From Camelus ferus (lineage: Eukaryota): a stretch of DNA of 64,000 nucleotides. Where the stretch lies: positions 14,136,001 through 14,200,000 of the forward strand of contig NC_045726.1 in assembly GCF_009834535.1 (NCBI RefSeq), in the 5' to 3' direction. The notes under the pieces are model-generated. The model was not told the origin of the DNA, did not search any database, and saw nothing but the letters and a program-made list of their open reading frames with translations. Each line of letters opens with the position of its first letter. Positions within the stretch are counted from its first letter, which is position 1. Both the position numbers and the translations under genes were made by a program. Shown here in pieces: positions 1 to 19,400 of the stretch.

Positions 1-39
1 ATTTCACAAGGCAAAAAAAAATTCGGGAGGAGAGTGTCA

Positions 40-265
40 TTGTTTTCCATTTATTCAAATTTCTTTAATTTCATTGATTTAATTTATTATAAGATCCATC
101 ACGTAGCGAGCGCCTGAAAAATTCCAGGGTACTTCGGGGAGAGCATGAAAATGAAAAGGGCAAATAAGTTTTAACATTATTAGGGAAATTCTTTTGACTT
201 CAGAAACTCCCTGGAAGGTTCTCGAGGACCCCCGGGCTCCCTGGACCAGACGTTGAAAATCTCTG
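40..265. mobile_element. Possible hAT-Charlie MITE fragment
   Basis: AT-rich body ending GGGCTCCCTGGACCAGACGTTGAAAATCTCTG, similar to Charlie/MER ends. Confidence 0.35.
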
Positions 266-284
266 CGTAGGACAGCTGCGAAGT

Positions 285-430
285 TTGGAGTCAGGCTGAG
301 GGGTTGAAATCCCTACTCTGTCACTTTCTTCTGGTACTTCCGGCCTCACTTTTCTTATCTGTAAAAGGGGGTTAACATGAAAGACCTCAAAAGGTTGAGG
401 CGATTAAGTAGGTAGAGTACACAACACGTA
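285..430 (+). mobile_element. MIR fragment
   Basis: CCTCACTTTTCTTATCTGTAAAAGGGG core. Confidence 0.6.
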
Positions 431-799
431 GTAGATATGGTATCAAGCTTGGCTGCTTTCCTCTTGATTTGGGCCTCTGTTTCCTCTTTGATAAAAAAAG
501 GGCTGGACTGGAACGGTCCAAGGCTCTTCCCAGCTCCAGCAGGCTGTGGTGGTGTAGTGAGGAATGTTCCGGAATTCCTCACATTCCCACTCCAACTCCA
601 GGGACAACATTACCCCTTTCCGCTCACACAGACACAAAGGCACATTCTTTTATTAGCTCGTGGAGGCACGTGAACACATACACATGTCACCTCTGACATG
701 CCCATGAACTCTGCCTAGAGGCCGCTGAGGGCCAAGACAAAGAAAGGCACAGGTACATAGAGGCTCATGAACCCAGAGTGCAGAAATGCCTCCTCCAGG

Positions 800-7919
<7,120 letters not shown>

Positions 7920-9762
7920 GGGGCCTCTGGGTTCCTTGGGCAGCCACGGGAAGCTGGGTGGGAGTCTCCGGATGAACAGCACAGGTGCCCCCGTGAAGAC
8001 CCACGTAGCCAACCCGCATACGTGCTCTCACGTGCACGCACCCCCGGTGAGCACGGGCCGTGCTGTGGACCGCAGCCCAGAGATGCCACTTCTCTTCGTT
8101 GTAATCAGCATGAAGACTTGTCTGCACACCAGGCGACCCAGCACCCGGTGCCCTCCCACACATGGACACCTGTTCTCCCCACATTCCATCCGCAGCCTCC
8201 CTTGCACTGCCGCCTTCCACAAGCTCTGGCCCCCAGGAGGGGAGCTGGGAGGGCAGAGGCTGAACTGCTCCCTCCTGTTCCTCAGCTTACCCTTCTGATC
8301 CTGTGGTCTTTCCTGTTGGTGCTCCAGGTGTCTGTTTACCTGCTCGTGCTCCGCATTGCAGCCCACAGCCACACCCTTCGTGTTGCCAGGTACACTCACC
8401 CACACTACCGTCCTCTGCATGCACACGTGGACCCTGATGGACTCCTTCAGTTACACGCACACACACCTGTCTACACACCCATTTCCACGTGCACTCATGC
8501 AGATTCAGCACCGCCTAAAGGGGCTCCCCCCTCCATCACCTTGCCTGTCTTCCTGGAGGGGCACATAGTCCATGTCCTCCTCTGCTCACCCCTGCCATGC
8601 CCACCCTGCGGCTGATAAAGATGGGAATGGTGGTGCCAGCCTCTGGGCACCAGCTTGACCTCCTAGGGGCAAAGCCCCTCTGCCGGAAGCAATAAGAACA
8701 ACAGCCCCAGCAAAGCCTGACTTCTTCCCAGTGCTGTCTCTGTTCTCGCTGGAGTTTCCCTCTCTGATCCTGAATCCGGCTCATTGGTGGACAGTGAGAC
8801 CACCCAGATGAAAGCATTTCTGCTTTTCTTTCCTGCAGCTGCCCCAGCCTTGGACCAGACCCGGATTTAGCTCCGCTTTTGGGATATGGATCCAGTGCTG
8901 TGCTGGCTCCTTTGGGTGCATCCAAGCACTGGACAGGCCAGGGATGCTGCAGGCACCTGAGCCATCTGGACGGGTGCCTGGAGTGGAGCTGGGCTGGAGA
9001 GCATCTCGGAGGCCCTGAGACCCCTCCAAACCACAGAGGCACACCCCAGAAGCACGGCCTTGCAGTGCAAGCTGAATGCGGGAGAGGGGAGGGAGTGAGG
9101 GTCCTGTGGGAGCCAAGCTTCTGCTGCCCTCTGCTGTACGCTGGGAATAGATGGCTGAGATGCAAGGCTGGTGGGGAAGGCGTGGCGCAGGGAGGCTCTT
9201 CCCTGTGCCCAGACTGTATGAGGGCCTCTCGGTAGCAGGATGCTCAAGGGCACTTGGGGGCAATGCTCTGATTCACTTGCTTCAGATAAAAAGTTCCCAC
9301 CCCACTGATGGGTCTCAGGTGTTCAAGGGTGACAGTCGGTGGCAACTATTTCATTAAGAAACAGGGGACCAGCTTCAGCTTTCGGAACCCCTTTCTCCCT
9401 GCTCCATTCCCTCTGCAGAGTGAGGGGGCACCCCAAGGTCAGCTGCTGCGGGGGTCAAAGTTCATAGTGGTGACACTCAGGTGCTGGGCGAGTGTGACTG
9501 GTCTCCACCAGCTGAGGCTGACTAATGGCCAAGTGTTCCTTCCTGGAGATCACAGTCTTGGGGCCCGCTGAGACTGGAGTCTTTCCCTCGGTCAGGTCAA
9601 GTCCAACCAACAGGACCAAGGACAAGCTCTGCAGGCCCTCTCCTCTCCATTCTCCTCTGCTGGGCAAACACGCAGCATCCTGGCCACCCTCCACCCTGGG
9701 TGTGAGATCTGAAGCAAGGGGACTGATTTCCTGAGCTGAGCTTCTACTTCTGTCAAGTAAAT

Positions 9763-9768
9763 AATAAA
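9763..9768 (+). terminator. Candidate LGI3 poly(A) signal AATAAA
   Basis: Canonical hexamer ~1.85 kb after the stop, just before a MIR; not verified as the used site. Confidence 0.45.
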
Positions 9769-9784
9769 ACCTACTCTACCCGAG

Positions 9785-9965
9785 CCTGATTCTGCTGCTT
9801 ACTAGCTGGCTGGTCTCAACCATGTTCCTTTGCCCATTTGTATCTCAGCTTCCTTGTCTGGAAAGTGTGGAGAATCATGCTACCTACCCGGCAGAGTTAG
9901 TGCGTGATTTGAATGCATTAGATCGGTTATAATGTATTAATGTATGTAGGGCCCTTAGAAGAATA
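9785..9965 (+). mobile_element. MIR fragment
   Basis: CTGCTGCTTACTAGCTG...TCTCAGCTTCCTTGTCTGGAAAGT...CTACCTACC. Confidence 0.6.
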
Positions 9966-12299
9966 TGTCCTGCACAGAACTAAGATTTCTTTGGTGGTAG
10001 GACTAGAGACAAAGAGGTGGCTCAGAGAAGGCTGATCCTTGAGGAGACCTACTGCCTGTGGATTAGGGTTCCTTACCCATCTTCAGTCTCAGGGCCCTGG
10101 TACCCTGTGTCTTACCTGTAGCCTCAGATGCCCGCTCCTCACAGTGGGGAATCTGCTAGGTGCTGTGTCTGGGTTTCTGCCCCCTCCAAGCACATTCATG
10201 TGCTCTTGGCTTAGCAGGCACCTGTTGGGTCCCCCAGCCACACTGTCCTGGCAATGTCTATCCCGCTTTTTTCAAATGGGGAATGGGCCCTCATGCTGTG
10301 CCAGGGAGAGGTTGCCAGGGAAAGTGGGGTGAGTCTCCCAGACATGTTGGCAGTCTGTCACCCAGTAGAAAGATAAACATCACTCTGACTGCTGCTCCCC
10401 TAGGACGCCTCCCAGGGTCAGGAGACACTTCTCCCCCTGAGTGCCCAGCTTTCTGCACATGGAGAATGGAGCCCACTGTGTGCCTGTCTGGTCACCCGCC
10501 CAGGGTGGGTCATCTGTATGTCCAGAGAGCTGCTTAGCAACCCAGTGTAACCAGGTGACTGTGTCAACAGCTCAGGACCAAAGGGCATGAGAGGCAGAGT
10601 CCACTTGCTCTTTCAAAGCCGAGGAGGGTGAACCCTCCTCAGCTGCCAGCCTCACACCCCTCCATGCCGAGCCCTGACATCCTGTCCCTTAGATTTTCCA
10701 AGCACAGTCATCAGGACCAAGGGTCTCCATCTGAGAGACCGCCCCGGCTGGGTTGGTGTAGAGTGGGGACAGGAGAGCTCCTCTCCAGCGAATGGCCTCG
10801 AGAGAGGCGTGTGATGCTAAGGTCAGGTGCATGGCTCTGAAAGGCACCGAGGCGGGGGAGGCAGTTCTGCAGTAGGTTCCAAAGGACCCGAGGCTCGCAT
10901 GCACACAGTCAGCCCAGGCACCCTTACTTCCAGAGGCATGGATGTCCCTTCCCCTTTCTGCAAGCCCCTGTTCCTCCTGAGCTGTCCCCCACTGGGTCAG
11001 TCACATCCTTCTTCTCCAAGGAGACAAGGATACTTTCACACTCATTACAATGCCTGAGCCTAGAGACTGATGGTAGCTGGGACCTTCCTGGGGCGCTCCT
11101 GCCCTTGGTGGTTCTTGTTCCTCCAATCTGGGGTGGGAGCTGGGGCCAGTGTGAGGTGGTTGGGGGAGAGAGGGAGGCATGAGGGCCTCGGCGGAGTTTC
11201 CCCTGTGGGCCGGTTTCACTGCTGGCTCTCACATCCAGCAACACCAATAAAATTGATGGTAATAATTAGGACTATATAATCACTGAGTGTTTATTTATTC
11301 CCAAGAAGCCCCCTTTCCCTGGCTCCCATCATTGGCTAGTCCATCCTTTTGCTAGATGGTGGGTGTTAATTGTGGCTCTAATAAAAAGTAATAACTGCCT
11401 GAGTTTCCCACCCCCACAGCTCTGAGCAGCTCTGTTATCACCCCTACCTCAACCCTATGAGGCAGAGGGGAGGCTGCACAGAATGGGGGGATGGAGCGAG
11501 GCACCTAGTAGAACAGGTACAAAGAACGCGACCCCACGTGGAGAGTTGTAGAAGCAGCCAAGTTTGCCTTCTTCCAGATACACACCTCCTAAAGGAGCAA
11601 CTCGGCTTTCCCGTCCCCTCTCGGGGCCACCCTCAGAAGACTGATCCAGCCAAGCGCTTATTTATCATCCAGCCACAAACACCATCAGGTGCCTTCGGGC
11701 AAGTTACTTCTCATGGTTGAGCCTACATCCTAAATGGTAAAAAACGATCTTTGTAATGATCAAGGCTCTGCGCTCAAAGATGCACTACAAGATGGCCATC
11801 GTTGATACTACTAAACCCTCAGGGATATTTGTGTTGTTGACTCACAGAAATAGGTGGAATTTCAATCCTCTGCGGAAGGAGGCATGGGGGGCTGGGTACT
11901 CCACCCAGAATCTCTCAAATCAGCCTGCCCAGGTACGTGGGCTCTGGAGAGGTAGCCCACGGAGACGGCAACTCCTGAGGCCCACTCTTCAAGGTGGGTG
12001 GGTGGGGGTGATGAGCCCCTCACGTTCCCTCTCCTCCACCTCCTCCGGCTTTCCCTCTAGGCCACTTCAGCAGCTCTGAGGCACTTTACCGAGCTCCTGA
12101 CCTAGTGTGATAAGACTCGGATTTGCTGGCGCTCAGCCAAGCCTCCTGGTTTGTGCCCGAGCCTCTCAGTGGGGGGGCCTCCATCCATCTCAGGCTCATT
12201 CCCATTTTATAGAGGGGGAAAACAAGGCAAATGAGGGAAGCTAGCAAAGAGCTAGTTGCGAAACTCTGGACTTCAAATTTCCTTCCCCCGCCCCACCTT

Positions 12300-12950
12300 T
12301 TTGTTTCCGCTTCCCACCTCCACGCGGAGGGCTACTCAACCTACCGGCCTCCTCCTCGAGTCCGAGGCGCATCGCCACTTTAAGGGACAGGCCTCTCGCC
12401 ATCCTGACCTCGCCCCGCCCCCTCCGGGGCCGCAAGGCGCCTGCGCCGGGAGCCGGAGACTCGGGGTTGGGCAGAGCCCAGTTCCGTGCAACTTTCAAGT
12501 GAGTTGCAAACTCCGCCCCGAGGTTGGTGCTGGTGGCCCGGCGCGCTGGGACCGCGGGGACCCTCTCGAGCGCAGGCTGCGACCAGCCACCCCTGGCCCG
12601 AGACCCGCAGCGCCCGCGGCGAGGGCCGAACGCCTGGTTCCCCGCGGCAGGAAGTGCAGGTCGGGGCCGTAACGGCCTGAGCAGCGCGGCCGGGCGGAAG
12701 AGCGCGCCCGCCGGTGCCGGCTCCCTAGTCGGTTCCTGCCTGCCCCGGCCGCTGGTTTCCCCATTTTCAGGCTGGCTGCACTGCGGAGGTAGTGGACGAC
12801 GGACACCGCCTTTCCAAGGGGCAGCCCAAGCGTCCCTCGGGTTCCCGCACCTCCACTGATAATCCCATCCCAGCCTGGGCGTGAGCGTCCCTCTGGGCGT
12901 CTTCCTGCGGCGGGGGTGGTCTCCCTTCGTTCCCGAGGCTGCAGGATGGT
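12300..12950. promoter_or_regulatory. REEP4 CpG island / promoter
   Basis: CpG-dense, GC boxes, ETS-like CAGGAAGTG near 12647; boundaries approximate. Confidence 0.8.
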
Positions 12951-12977
12951 GTCCTGGATGATCTGTCGCCTGGTGGT
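12946..12977 (+). CDS. REEP4: REEP4 exon 1, coding part
   Basis: [11 protein letters not shown]; donor GTGAGT at 12978. Confidence 0.96.
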
Positions 12978-15900
12978 GTGAGTATGGCCGCTCTCATACC
13001 CCTCTATCCCGGAGGGCCAGACTGTCCCTGGAGTGGAAGCTGGGAATGTCTGGTGGGAAAGTGGGCTTTCTGATCTCCGACACACCTTTCCCCTCCCCCA
13101 ACACTCACCGCAAGGATTAACGGACCTGCGGTCCTGCGCAGGGTACCGGGCACCGCGTGCTTTCCCCCTACCCTCAAGCCTACTTGGCTGATGGCGACCC
13201 CTTGCAGTCACACACATTGCAGACAGGTGTGTTGGCCAGAGGACCACAGGCTGGCCAGCAGCCCCTTGGCAAATACAAGCTGTTGTGACACATTGTGGGT
13301 GGAGAATCCAGGTGCCTGCTTCTCAGCTGAGCAGTCAGTCACGTGACCCACCACCCCGGCCTCAGCCTCCCCACTCTGTCCTACTCGTCACCTTTCAGTA
13401 CTCCAGCACCTGGCTTGAATATCCCTGTCTGCAGCCTGGCAGTGCCGGGCCTGGTGGCCCTGAGCCTGACTGCACACCCATGGGAGGAAACAGCCTGGTG
13501 CTCACGGCTCAGAAGCCTGCCTCCTACCCAGCTGGTGGAGTGGCTATGGGTGCTCTCGCTGCATCATGCACCCATGGGCCACTGGCGCAGGCCTGGACAG
13601 GCTTGGGATGTTTGTAAACAGCAGGGTGGGGAGGCAGCCTCCAGGGCACTGACTCAGGCACAGGTTGTGCAAGCCAAGCGGGAGGAACAGGGCAGGCACT
13701 GCCACCTTGAACCCAGGTGGGTGGTGGCCACCTGGCAGGGGCGCGGGGAGTGGTGCCCCTCACACTCCCCCTCTGCTTTGGGGGCTGCTCTTCAGGCTGG
13801 TGTTTGGGATGCTGTACCCAGCTTATGCTTCCTACAAGGCTGTGAAGACCAAGAACATTCGTGAATATGTGAGTGTTGGGGTGGGCAGGAGGCCTCCGCT
13901 CAGGTGGGGGGACAGCAGCCTTGGGGGGTGAGGTAGGATTTGGCCAGGTGGGGAGGATCTGAGCTGGCCTTCCCCTCCTCCAATGGTATGATCTAGTGGC
14001 GAATCCTGGAACAGAGTGGGTGTGGATGGAGGGTGGGCTGTTGGGGTGCCTTGCATGATCTTGTGGGTGAAGCCCGCTGGGGGTGGGTACGGGAATGAGT
14101 GGCAGCTGCTCTCTGAGGCCAGCCAGGTGCCAGGGGAATGCAGTGGGACTGGCTCTCTGGAATCTCTGGGCTGGGTCAGCCTGGAACAGAGGGGGTTGGC
14201 ACTGCAGGCTCAGCTGCTGGCCTCTGACCTCCCTGCGTCCTGATCCCCCAGGTCCGGTGGATGATGTACTGGATTGTCTTTGCACTCTTCATGGCAGTGG
14301 AGACCTTCACGGACATCTTTATTTCCTGGTACGGGGGCAGGGCTTCTCTGGGCTGCAGGGAGGTGCTGGCCCTCCCCCGCCCGGCTCCCTGGCAAACCTC
14401 ACCCCCTCTGTTCTGCCAGGTTCCCTTTCTACTACGAGATCAAGATGGCCTTCGTGCTGTGGCTGCTTTCGCCCTACACCAAGGGGGCCAGCCTGCTTTA
14501 CCGCAAGTTTGTCCACCCGTCCTTGTCTCGCCATGAGAAGGTACCCCGGCAGGTGGCAGAGCGGGAAGCATAGGGGTAGGTGGGAGGAAGCAGCCCTGGA
14601 CTCAGGGTTCAGGACACTGGGGACACCTGGGCTCTCATTCCAGTCCCACTGCTGTTTAGCGATGGGACCTTGACAGAGCCTAAGCCTCCTCCTCTTCTGG
14701 GACAATCAGATGAGGGACACATGTGAATGATGTTTTGATGGTGGGGGAAGGCTGGAGCATGGCTGTTCACTGAGGTGTGAGAGCCGGTGAGGGGGTGGGG
14801 AGCCCTGTGCTTGTGTGGTTGCCAGGAAACTGTGCAGTGTTGGGGACAGGAGGCGTGGCACCCAGTGGTTTCTCTGGGTCCTCAGGGGAGTGACTCGGGC
14901 TGTCCACCTGAGCTTTCCTCCCCCCGTGTCCACAGGAGATCGACACCTACATCGTGCAGGCCAAGGAGCGCAGCTACGAGACGGTGCTCAGCTTTGGGAA
15001 GCGGGGCCTCAACATTGCCGCTTCGGCCGCTGTGCAGGCTGCCACCAAGGTGCCCTGGGCCCAGCCCTCCAGCGGCCCTGCCCCCACCCCCTGGGCCTTT
15101 TGGGTCCAGCTCTCTGTCAGGGAGCCTAGAGATAGCAGCTGTCCATGCCGGGGAACAGGAGTGAGAGGTGACAGGTGGGGTGCTGGCAGGAGCACGGAGC
15201 TGGAAGTTCAGACTTCCCTGGCTCTGACACTGACCGTGAGCTGCTGCTCCTGCTCTCTGGGCCCTTGTTGGCATGGGGGGGCTAGAAGGTTGCTTTCAGT
15301 ACTGAGGCCTGTGCCCCAGGGACAGCCTGCAGGTCAGCCTCGATTCCCCGGGCCGCTGCCCTGGCTGAGGCCCCTCCCTCCAGGTGGTACAGCGGCTCCC
15401 CCTCCCTTGCAGAGTCAGGGTGCGCTGGCTGGAAGGCTGCGGAGCTTCTCCATGCAGGACCTGCGCTCCATCCCCGACGTCCCCGCCCCTACCTACCAGG
15501 ATCCCCTCTACCTGGAGGACCAGGTACCCCGTCGCAGGCCACCCATCGGTGAGTCGGCAGAGGGACCCAGAGCTCTCTGGAGAGGGGTGGCTTCCTTCCT
15601 GCAAACTGTGACTTCCTCCAGGGCTAGAGGAAAGGCTGGCTCAACCCCAGGCCTTCAGACTATGTCAATGTCCAGCTTTTCCTCCTGGCCTCCTCTCCTC
15701 CTACAGGGTACCGGGCAGGGGGCCTGCGGGACAGCGATACCGAGGATGAGTGTTGGTCAGATACAGAAGCAGTCCCCCAGCCGCCAGCCCGGCCCCGAGA
15801 GAAGCCTCTGAGCCGCAGCCAGAGCCTGCGTGCGTTCAAGAGGAAGCCGCTGGTGCGGGAGGTCAGTGGCGAGGAAGACACAGGGAGGTGGGCTGCCTCG

Positions 15901-16020
15901 GCTGTCCCTTCAGCCCGCACCTCTCACAGTGTACCTGCTCTCTCTCCCCACCAGGGCACCTCACGCTCCCTGAAGGTTCGGACAAGGAAAAAGACCGCGC
16001 CCTCAGATGTGGACAGCTAG
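12946..16020 (+). CDS. REEP4: REEP4, receptor expression-enhancing protein 4 (ER-shaping, DP1/Yop1 family), 257 aa
   Basis: join(12946..12977,13796..13868,14252..14328,14420..14540,14936..15049,15413..15548,15707..15861,15955..16020)=774 nt. [21 protein letters not shown]...[10 protein letters not shown]...[10 protein letters not shown]. Confidence 0.98.
13796..13868 (+). CDS. REEP4: REEP4 exon 2
   Basis: [24 protein letters not shown]. Confidence 0.97.
14252..14328 (+). CDS. REEP4: REEP4 exon 3
   Basis: [26 protein letters not shown]. Confidence 0.97.
14420..14540 (+). CDS. REEP4: REEP4 exon 4
   Basis: [40 protein letters not shown]. Confidence 0.97.
14936..15049 (+). CDS. REEP4: REEP4 exon 5
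   Basis: [38 protein letters not shown]. Confidence 0.97.
15413..15548 (+). CDS. REEP4: REEP4 exon 6
   Basis: [45 protein letters not shown]. Confidence 0.97.
15707..15861 (+). CDS. REEP4: REEP4 exon 7
   Basis: [21 protein letters not shown]...RKPLVRE. Confidence 0.96.
15955..16020 (+). CDS. REEP4: REEP4 exon 8, coding part
   Basis: [24 protein letters not shown]. Confidence 0.96.
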   Translation, partial: GTSRSLKVRTRKKTAPSDVDS

Positions 16021-17609
16021 GGTCTGGGAGCCTGGCCCGGTCTTACCTCGTGCCCTGCAGGGCGTTGGGGACTGTTTGGAGGAGACCCCTGGCGGCACGT
16101 CTGTCCTGGCTGTACCAGCTGCCCGCGCGTGGCCTTCCTGGCTCTTGGCTGTCGGTGACGGGCCCAGGGGCAGGTGCTGCTGGGGCCCTGTGCGGGCTGC
16201 ACCCATGATGTACCAAAGAAGGCTGGGCCCAGGGTTCTATTTATTGCCTTCCTCGCCCCTCTCCCTTCCCAGGTGTGGGACCAGAGCCCTCCCCAGACCC
16301 CTGAAAAGTGAAACCAAAAGCCCACCCCGCTGTGTTCATTCCTTCCTGTTCTTCAAAGTACTTGACAGCCTTCTCCAAGGCCGTGTGTGTGTCCTGTTGT
16401 ATGGTTTGTGTTGGTGAATGAGGTCAGGTTTGTGGAAGTTTTGATAAATAATTGCATAAAAGTGTTCTGTTTCTCCTGGCTTGTGGTTCCAGGGCTCACA
16501 ACACATATTATTAACCAGCCTGCCACAGGCCAGTCTGGGCCTAAGAACAGTGCTAAAAGGACAGACAGACTGCTAGAGGGGCCCAGTGTTCTGGGGAAGA
16601 TAGCCACTGACAAGTAGTTGTGATGTGGCCAGAACTGTCACGGAAAGCTCTTTGGGGACCAGCCCTGAGAGGGGGCAGAGTCTAAGAAGACTGCAGTCAG
16701 GAGGAGGTGGGATTGGGCCTTGATGGGAAGTGGAAGCCAGTGAGAACAGAGGTGTGGAGGGGCCTCAGGCAGCACGATAATCCCATGGGGATTAGCTGGA
16801 GCTGGCACAGATTAGGGCTTCCTCCAAGGGCCTGCCGGGTCTCTAGGCAGCTCCAAGGACACCGAGTTCGGTAAACACTCAGGTTAGCAGCAGGAGCTTT
16901 GCACTTCTGCGGTGTGGCCGCGAGAGGGCAGCAGCTGCCAGGGCCTGGGCTGCCCCCAGCTTCCAGGTCAAGGAGGGCGGGGCTCAGAGGCTGTGCAGAG
17001 CCTTGCCCTGCAGGGGCCTGGCTGCTTGCTGGCTGGCTGGGAGGATGATGCAGAACTCTGGCCCGGCCTCCAATGGCCCTCCCTGCTGTTCGTGGTCATT
17101 GGTCCTCAGCCTGCACCATCCACGAATATACCCTGTTCTCCTGAGACCCAGGCTCTTTGCTGGCTCCACTCCATCCCCTACTAGTTCCTGGGGCAGCCAG
17201 TGCCCGGCTCTGCCCCATCCTGCCCCTCGATGCTGATCTCACCATAGTGTCCCAGGGCTGCTTCCCTCTCCCATCCCCATACCTGCTTTTCTTTGCCCTT
17301 TCGATTAAGCAAAGAGATGGGTGAGAGTGTCAGGTGGGGAGAGGGGAAATGGGGTGGCCACCCGGAGTGACCTGAGGAGTGTGGATTAACTCTTGGTGTG
17401 GGGATTATCTGGGTTTATTTGGGGGGAAGTACTTAATCTGCTGGGAGGCTTAGCTTCTCACATTTTGGTGTTCAGTGACTCCCTATCTTGGTGTTCCCTT
17501 GCAACATGGTACTACCTTATCTCTTCACTTATTCATTCAAAAAATCTTTACTGAGCATCTCCCAGGCATGTTTCGTGATACTGGGGATGCAAAATCTAGT
17601 GACAGCCAG

Positions 17610-17835
17610 CACTTAGAATGTGCTACTGGGGCTGCTCTGAGGCCCTGACATGTATTAATTTAATCCTCACAACAATGTCATGGGGTACATACTATTATAA
17701 TCTCCATTTCACAAATGAGAAGACAGGCACGGAGAGGACAAGTAATTTGCCTGAGGTCACATAGCTAGCAAGTGGCAGAGTTGGGCTTGGAACCAGGCAG
17801 TCTGGTTCCAGAGTCTGTGTGCTTCACCACTGTGC
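17610..17835 (-). mobile_element. Near full-length MIR
   Basis: TTTAATCCTCACAAC...CCATTTCACAAATGAGAAGACAGGCACGGAGAGG...CTGAGGTCACATAGCTAGCAAGTGGCAGAG...CAGGCAGTCTGGTTCCAGAG. Confidence 0.85.
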
Positions 17836-17894
17836 AGAACTAGAGTAAATGAGGTGTGTCTTGCCGGGGAGGCAAGGAGAAGGAAATTAGCAGA

Positions 17895-18040
17895 TATCAA
17901 ACATTGATTGTGTGCCTGACCTTGTGTTGGGCATTTTAAAGAGATGATTTCCTTGAATCCTCCCGACAAGCCTGTCAGGTAGGAGTTACACCCATTTTAC
18001 ACATGGGAAAACTGAGACTCAGGTGGGGCAACCTGTTCAC
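17895..18040 (-). mobile_element. MIR fragment
   Basis: CCCATTTTACACATGGGAAAACTGAGACTCAGG. Confidence 0.7.
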
Positions 18041-18479
18041 GATTGTGCTGCCTATGGGCCAGGGCCCTGTCTCCTGATGCAAGTCTGCCCAGAAAGTGCC
18101 TCGGTAGGAATGGAATGGCAGGATCCACATCCCTAAAAGGAAAGAACAAAACAGGAGCCTATGATCAATGGGCAAAATGAAATAAAAACTCCAATTTGGC
18201 GCAGCTGGCGGAGGCCTGAAGGTGTGGGGTAATAAGGAAGCTCTCCTGGGAGCTGGGGCCTCACCTGTGTGCATTCCTCAGCTTGGGACTTACCAGTGAG
18301 TGGCAGGGTCACTTGGCCCCTAGGGTTGAATTGGAGATGGTCCCTGATGGCCACCTTAGCCCCAGCCTCCTGCTGGCCCGGCTGCCCCACAGTCCTGCCT
18401 TCGCCCTGCTGCTCCTATCTCTGTCTCCAGAACACATGGCTTTCATTCCAGCATCAGTCCCCAGGCCCTTGCTCCACTG

Positions 18480-19400
18480 TACGAATCTCCTGTGCTCCCA
18501 GTGGTCTTCCTTCTAGGCCAGCATGGCCTTTCTTCATGACCTGCTTTTTCCAAGAAGCCTTCTCTGACTCACCAATGTCTCCTGAGGCTCCTAATCTCTG
18601 GCCTGCTCACCCTGTCCTGGGCGCAAGATGCTGTGGGCTGTGTTCATGTGCCCACTGCCCTCTGCTCCCTGCCCAACCAGCCTCCCCTACACCTCCCCTA
18701 CCTACACCTGCATCCTTACACCCCAATTGCTCCATCAGTCTGGACTCTTCCGTGGTTCCACACTGTTCTCCTGACATGCTCTCTCCACCTGTCCCCACAA
18801 TTCTGTCCTATTCCTATTTGCCCTTTGAACCCCTTTGAACTCGACATCACCTCCTCCAGGAAGCCCTCTGTAAGCCCTCCCCCTGCTCTCTTGGGGTTTA
18901 CTGTTCATCCAGACCCTGCCATCTCTCTTCCTGCACAGACTTCCGTTTTTGCCTTGAACATGTCGTGTTTTTCCCCCTGCTGCATTATGACTTCATAATG
19001 AACAAATTTGCTCTTGTTCAATTCTGTATCCTGGACTGGAACAAATGGTGGTTTAGACACAGTGAAACATTGTCATCCATGGTGAAGGGCCACTTATTCT
19101 CACTTCTGAGCTCAAGCCTTGGCCCTCCTGTGACGCTCCCTCGCCTTTCCCAGGGTGGGGCTGGAAGCACCTTGTCACTGTTTGTTAACATACCCAATGC
19201 CAATCTTCCCCCCAGTTCCCAGCACAGGGCTTCAGTGAATGTTTGCTGGTAGAAGAACACACTCTAAGCGAGTAGAAGCTCCTTGAGGGCAGGCATGACC
19301 TTGTACTTTCATCTTTGTGCCCTGCATCCCCTTGTTGCCCATCACAGAGCCTTGAAAACGCCCAGTTTCTGTAACACACATTTGGCAAATGTCTGCTGCA
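18480..19400 (+). mobile_element. L2 fragments
   Basis: CAAGAAGCCTTCTCTGAC, CATCACCTCCTCCAGGAAGCCCTC, AAGCTCCTTGAGGGCAGG motifs. Confidence 0.55.

Noticed and set aside
15381-15412. Alternative REEP4 exon 6 acceptor (CCAG at 15383)
   Set aside because: 29 nt upstream of the real site, so frameshifting; no support beyond the motif
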